In this document: one piece after another, positions 34,175-36,863 of the stretch
Numbering within the stretch: the first letter of the stretch is position 1
How the letters are laid out: every line of letters starts with the position of its first letter
Origin: a virus
Reading direction: 5' to 3' (one strand)
DNA length: 36,863 nucleotides
Virus record (IMG/VR): IMGVR_UViG_3300027114_000002
Span: 1-36,863 of that record
Position numbers and translations under genes: made by a program
The notes under the pieces: model-generated
Databases searched by the model: none
Seen by the model: only the letters and a program-made list of their open reading frames with translations
What the model was told of the DNA's origin: nothing

Positions 34175-34280
34175 TTTATGTCAAGATAAAGGATTTATTT
34201 TCCATATTTTTAGGCAAGAATATGATGTTGAAACTTGTCCATGTCAGCAACCAAAGGAGATTAAAAATGAAACTAACTAA
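34164..34280 (+). CDS. Small Cys-rich protein (38 aa, GTG start)
   Basis: A GGAGGAG RBS lies 4 nt before the GTG. The Cys pattern is ACNLCQDKG...CPC. Confidence 0.3.
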   Translation: MACNLCQDKGFIFHIFRQEYDVETCPCQQPKEIKNETN

Positions 34281-34413
34281 ACGTGGTAAACGAGTTCGTG
34301 CTGTATTGATCTTAATTGGTCTTTGGGCATGGTGGAAAATATCTGGAAATCTTTGGTGGGTTGAAGATCATTATTGTTGGGGTGAAATGGTTGAATGTTA
34401 CTTTCCAAAGTAA
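34267..34413 (+). CDS. Small membrane protein (48 aa)
   Basis: An AAGGAG RBS lies 7 nt before ATG 34267. The sequence has a basic N-terminus and a TM segment (AVLILIGLWAWW). Confidence 0.5.
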   Translation: MKLTKRGKRVRAVLILIGLWAWWKISGNLWWVEDHYCWGEMVECYFPK

Positions 34414-34421
34414 TGGACGAC

Positions 34422-34451
34422 CAACCGGAGAACCGCCAGGTAAACCGGTTG
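34422..34451 (+). promoter_or_regulatory. Copy D of AACCGCCAGG presented in the loop of a 7-bp hairpin
   Basis: The sequence reads CAACCGG-agAACCGCCAGGtaaa-CCGGTTG. It contains three AACCG half-sites. Confidence 0.5.
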
Positions 34452-34522
34452 ATCGCTAGCGGATTGTACATTATATTTTTGATATTTGTTTTGTCCGCTT
34501 ATGAAACACGGCAAATCAATGT

Positions 34523-34528
34523 TACAAT
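34523..34528 (+). promoter_or_regulatory. Candidate -10 element (TACAAT) upstream of the Xis/MerR-like gene
   Basis: The hexamer lies in a 138-bp intergenic gap and its -35 is poor (TTATGA at 18 nt). This is only a weak call. Confidence 0.2.
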
Positions 34529-34551
34529 GGTCACTACGGACAGATTAGGAT

Positions 34552-34740
34552 ATGCGCATGACAACTGAAAATCGAAAGTCCCTTAGCACAGGGCAAGCTG
34601 CAAAGCTCATTGGACGCAACTCACGAACTGTTCGTCGTTGGGTTGATCTTGGAAAAGTTGAAGGTTATAAAACACCTTCTAACTTACGTTACGTTTATCA
34701 AGATGCATTAGACGCATTGATGAATGGAACCAAAAGCTAA
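34552..34740 (+). CDS. Excisionase/MerR-type HTH DNA-binding protein
   Basis: LSTGQAAKLIGRNSRTVRRWVDLGKVEGYK is a typical HTH_17 pattern. An alternative start at 34558 has better SD spacing. Confidence 0.65.
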   Translation: MRMTTENRKSLSTGQAAKLIGRNSRTVRRWVDLGKVEGYKTPSNLRYVYQDALDALMNGTKS

Positions 34741-34815
34741 CTAACACAACGACTAGGAGGCAACTATGTTTGTGTTTATTTATGCTGTTTCTATCCGCCG
34801 TCAGAGGAAAGATGG

Positions 34816-35265
34816 CTGAAGGTCTTAGCAATCGTTGTAGCCTTTTTATTAGTAACACCAAATGCAAATGCGGTGGACTATAAAACAGCTGCAGCAAGAG
34901 TTCCAAAAGATCAAATTGCTTATGCAAAATGCGTAAGTCATCATGAATCAAGAGGGAACTATAAGGCAGTAGGAGATGTGTCTTCTGCAAGAGGACGATG
35001 GCAATTTTTAGATAAGCAATGGAGACATGGTTTATCTTTTATGGTTGCAAACAGATTAGTAGATCATGGAATGCCAAAATCTAGGGTTAAGAAGCTGGTG
35101 AAACACCTGCAATCAAAGTCCATAGATGCATGGGATCCGATCTACCAAGATGTAGGATTTGTAGCAGCGTTGAACGCAAAGTACCATTGGTCCGGTTGGA
35201 CACATTGGGCGGTCAATTCTAAATGTAATGAATTAGTACCAACTACAATAAAACGAAAGGCATAA
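34816..35265 (+). CDS. Secreted transglycosylase-like (SLT/Rpf-like) protein, start unresolved
   Basis: The in-frame upstream sequence encodes the Sec signal peptide KVLAIVVAFLLVTPNANA|VDY. The body has HHESRGNYKAV...ARGRWQFLDKQW. No ATG, GTG or TTG lies in frame upstream of 34873, and a CTG sits at 34816. Confidence 0.55.
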   Translation: MKVLAIVVAFLLVTPNANAVDYKTAAARVPKDQIAYAKCVSHHESRGNYKAVGDVSSARGRWQFLDKQWRHGLSFMVANRLVDHGMPKSRVKKLVKHLQSKSIDAWDPIYQDVGFVAALNAKYHWSGWTHWAVNSKCNELVPTTIKRKA

Positions 35266-35266
35266 A

Positions 35267-35602
35267 ATGTCAGAAACCGCCAGGGAATGGTTCGAGCCAC
35301 GACAATTATCTTTATTGGCTGATCCGATTGATGAACAGTTTAATAAGTTTCATCATGAGAATCCACATATCTATCGTCAGTTAGTTGATCTAGCATACCA
35401 ATGGAAAAATGCTGGACATGACATTTGTTCAATAGATTTGTTGATTAACAAATTGAGATGGGAAATTGGTATCCGATCAACGGGGGATCAATTTGCTATC
35501 TCAAACAATTACGCTAGTCGCTATTCAAGGTTAATTGAGGCAACAGAAAAACCACTTGCTAATTTCTTTACTAAGAGAACTTTAAAGAGCTCATGGGACT
35601 AG
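35267..35602 (+). CDS. Hypothetical protein
   Basis: It is a well-packed ORF. Motif copy E lies at codons 3-6. Confidence 0.5.
   Translation: MSETAREWFEPRQLSLLADPIDEQFNKFHHENPHIYRQLVDLAYQWKNAGHDICSIDLLINKLRWEIGIRSTGDQFAISNNYASRYSRLIEATEKPLANFFTKRTLKSSWD
35275..35284 (+). promoter_or_regulatory. Copy E of AACCGCCAGG (just inside the 5' end of the CDS)
   Basis: The sequence reads ATGtcagaAACCGCCAGGgaatgg. Confidence 0.4.
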
Positions 35603-36363
35603 AACGTATTGAAACAAAACGTGGTCATAAATATGAACTCGATGGTCAACCTGTCAAAGGTGTGACAACTCTTATCGGTTCTGGTATGCCTAAACCTGCG
35701 CTTCCATATTGGAGTGCAAAATTAGTTGCAGAATATGTCTTCGATAATTTTGCAAACCTTCCAAACTTGATGACTCGTGAACGAGAAGAAGCCGTAAAGT
35801 TCTTGAAAATGATTCCTTGGAATCAACGAGACAAAGCGGGAGCACGAGGTACAGAAATCCATGCAATTGCTGAAACTATTATTCATGGTGGAGAAGCTGA
35901 AGTTGCTGGTGAGTTTGCTCAGTATGTCGATGGCTATGTTGAATGGCTAGATCAATGGGAAGTCATTCCTGTTTTGACTGAGAAAGTTGTAGCAAACCGT
36001 GTTCATGGTTATGCAGGAACTTTTGATGCCATTCTTAAGTTCGGCAGCGGTCCATTAACTGGCAAAACTTATCTTTGTGATTGGAAGACAAGTTCTGGAG
36101 TTTATGGAGAAATGGCAATGCAAATTGCAGCTTATGCAAATGCAGATTTCTACCTCGACGAGGAAGGCAATGAAATACCTATGCCCGAAGTTGATGGATT
36201 AGGAATTGTGCATGTATCTCCAAATGGAACAACATTTCATGAGGTGACAGATGTTGATCTTGCATGGGATTCGTTTCTAACTGTTATTGATTTGGCAAAC
36301 AGATTAGAACATATTGAAGGTTTATTAACACAACTAGGGGGATTAAATGGACAAGCGTCTTGA
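35593..36363 (+). CDS. PD-(D/E)XK exonuclease (RecB/Cas4/YqaJ-like)
   Basis: Motifs are GTEIHAIAE, GYAGTFDAIL, LCDWKTS (D...D/ExK) and QIAAY (QxxxY). Confidence 0.7.
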   Translation: MGLERIETKRGHKYELDGQPVKGVTTLIGSGMPKPALPYWSAKLVAEYVFDNFANLPNLMTREREEAVKFLKMIPWNQRDKAGARGTEIHAIAETIIHGGEAEVAGEFAQYVDGYVEWLDQWEVIPVLTEKVVANRVHGYAGTFDAILKFGSGPLTGKTYLCDWKTSSGVYGEMAMQIAAYANADFYLDEEGNEIPMPEVDGLGIVHVSPNGTTFHEVTDVDLAWDSFLTVIDLANRLEHIEGLLTQLGGLNGQAS

Positions 36364-36863
36364 AAATTATGTAGATGTACCACAGCGAATAAAACTGTTT
36401 TATGAGAAATATCCAGAAGGTTCACTGCAAATGGATCCTGATCTGCAGTTTCAGACAGTTGGAGATCAGATTATTGTGATTGGTAGAGCTTATGCTTACC
36501 GTCATCCAGGAGATGAAAAGCCCGGTATTGGTACAGCTCAAGAGTATTTACCAGGAAAAACTAATTTTACTCGTGGCAGTGAGATCCAAAACCTTGAGAC
36601 AAGTTGCTGGGGTAGAGCAATTGGAGCATTAGGTATAGGCATAGATAAAGCAATTGCAAGTAAAGAAGAAGTTGAACTTGCAATGGAACGCAATAAACCA
36701 GATAAAGTCATGATGAAACGTGCAAATCCTGGTTTGAAGCAAATAGTAGAGTTGCTAGGAGCAAAAGGCATCACGGAGAAGGATGCTATCCTAGCGGCAG
36801 TACGCGGTTTAGTTAACCGTGAAATAAGTTCGAGCAATGAACTGACTGATGATGAGATCACGC
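36347..36863 (+). CDS. Putative ssDNA-annealing/recombination protein (Rad52/Sak-like), 5' part that continues at 1..134
   Basis: An AGGGGGA RBS lies upstream. GIGTAQEY...RGSEIQNLETSCWGRAIGALGIGI resembles the annealase core. The gene follows an exonuclease. It is missing from the ORF track because it runs off the window end. Confidence 0.45.
   Translation, partial: MDKRLENYVDVPQRIKLFYEKYPEGSLQMDPDLQFQTVGDQIIVIGRAYAYRHPGDEKPGIGTAQEYLPGKTNFTRGSEIQNLETSCWGRAIGALGIGIDKAIASKEEVELAMERNKPDKVMMKRANPGLKQIVELLGAKGITEKDAILAAVRGLVNREISSSNELTDDEIT
36765..36863. repeat. Right copy of the 99-bp terminal overlap
   Basis: It is identical to 1..99. Confidence 0.95.

Noticed and set aside
34552-34740. Lysogeny module (an Xis-like HTH suggests an integrase/attP nearby)
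   Set aside because: No tyrosine or serine recombinase, repressor pair or tRNA-like attP could be recognised anywhere in the genome. The HTH alone is insufficient, so temperate status is not supported.
1-36863. tRNA, rRNA or tmRNA genes
   Set aside because: The intergenic gaps are short, and none shows a cloverleaf-compatible arrangement (an acceptor stem plus a GTTCRANNC T-loop) that I could recognise by eye. A tRNAscan-SE run would be needed to be definitive.

Overview
The window is a complete, circularly closed genome of about 36.76 kb from a tailed, siphovirus-like phage with an HK97-type head. Bases 1..99 are identical to 36765..36863, and an ORF reads seamlessly across that junction. 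Gene content points to an actinobacterial host: a WhiB-family regulator, actinophage-style holins and a CHAP lysin. The genome is visibly AT-rich.

Almost all genes are on the + strand and tightly packed, often with ATGA or TAATG overlaps. In order, the modules are:
- (1) 131..5144: a nucleotide/DNA-modification cluster with dCMP deaminase, an all-alpha NTP pyrophosphatase, an SGNH-like protein, an unknown helical protein, a PLP fold-type-II-like enzyme, a Tmk-like kinase and a thymidylate-synthase/dCMP-hydroxymethylase homologue.
- (2) 5.1..8.5 kb: DNA metabolism and regulation, with two HNH nucleases, a PD-(D/E)XK resolvase-like protein, WhiB, SSB, an HTH protein and zinc-ribbon proteins.
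- (3) terS/terL.
- (4) 10.6..17.3 kb: an unusual module inserted between terL and portal, with a collagen-like fibre, a Kelch-like beta-propeller, fibre-like proteins and a GT2-TPR glycosyltransferase.
- (5) Portal, protease and major capsid protein, followed by connectors, two paralogous tail-tube genes, a chaperone, the tape measure, Dit and a fibre with an S74 chaperone domain.
- (6) Lysis cassette.
- (7) A metallophosphoesterase and a proteasome/HslV-like Ntn hydrolase.
- (8) The only minus-strand operon (zinc ribbon plus a DUF932-like protein), which carries a complete type II hammerhead ribozyme between its two cistrons.
- (9) A divergent control region with 10-bp iterons, then an early region of many tiny genes, an Xis/MerR-like HTH, a secreted transglycosylase-like protein and an exonuclease/annealase pair.

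The strongest hunting results are the hammerhead ribozyme, the predicted cytosine-directed hypermodification cluster, an exact 10-mer (AACCGCCAGG) present six times around the early region, and the phage-encoded proteasome-like protease. All functional calls rest on motif recognition by eye, because no database search was possible.
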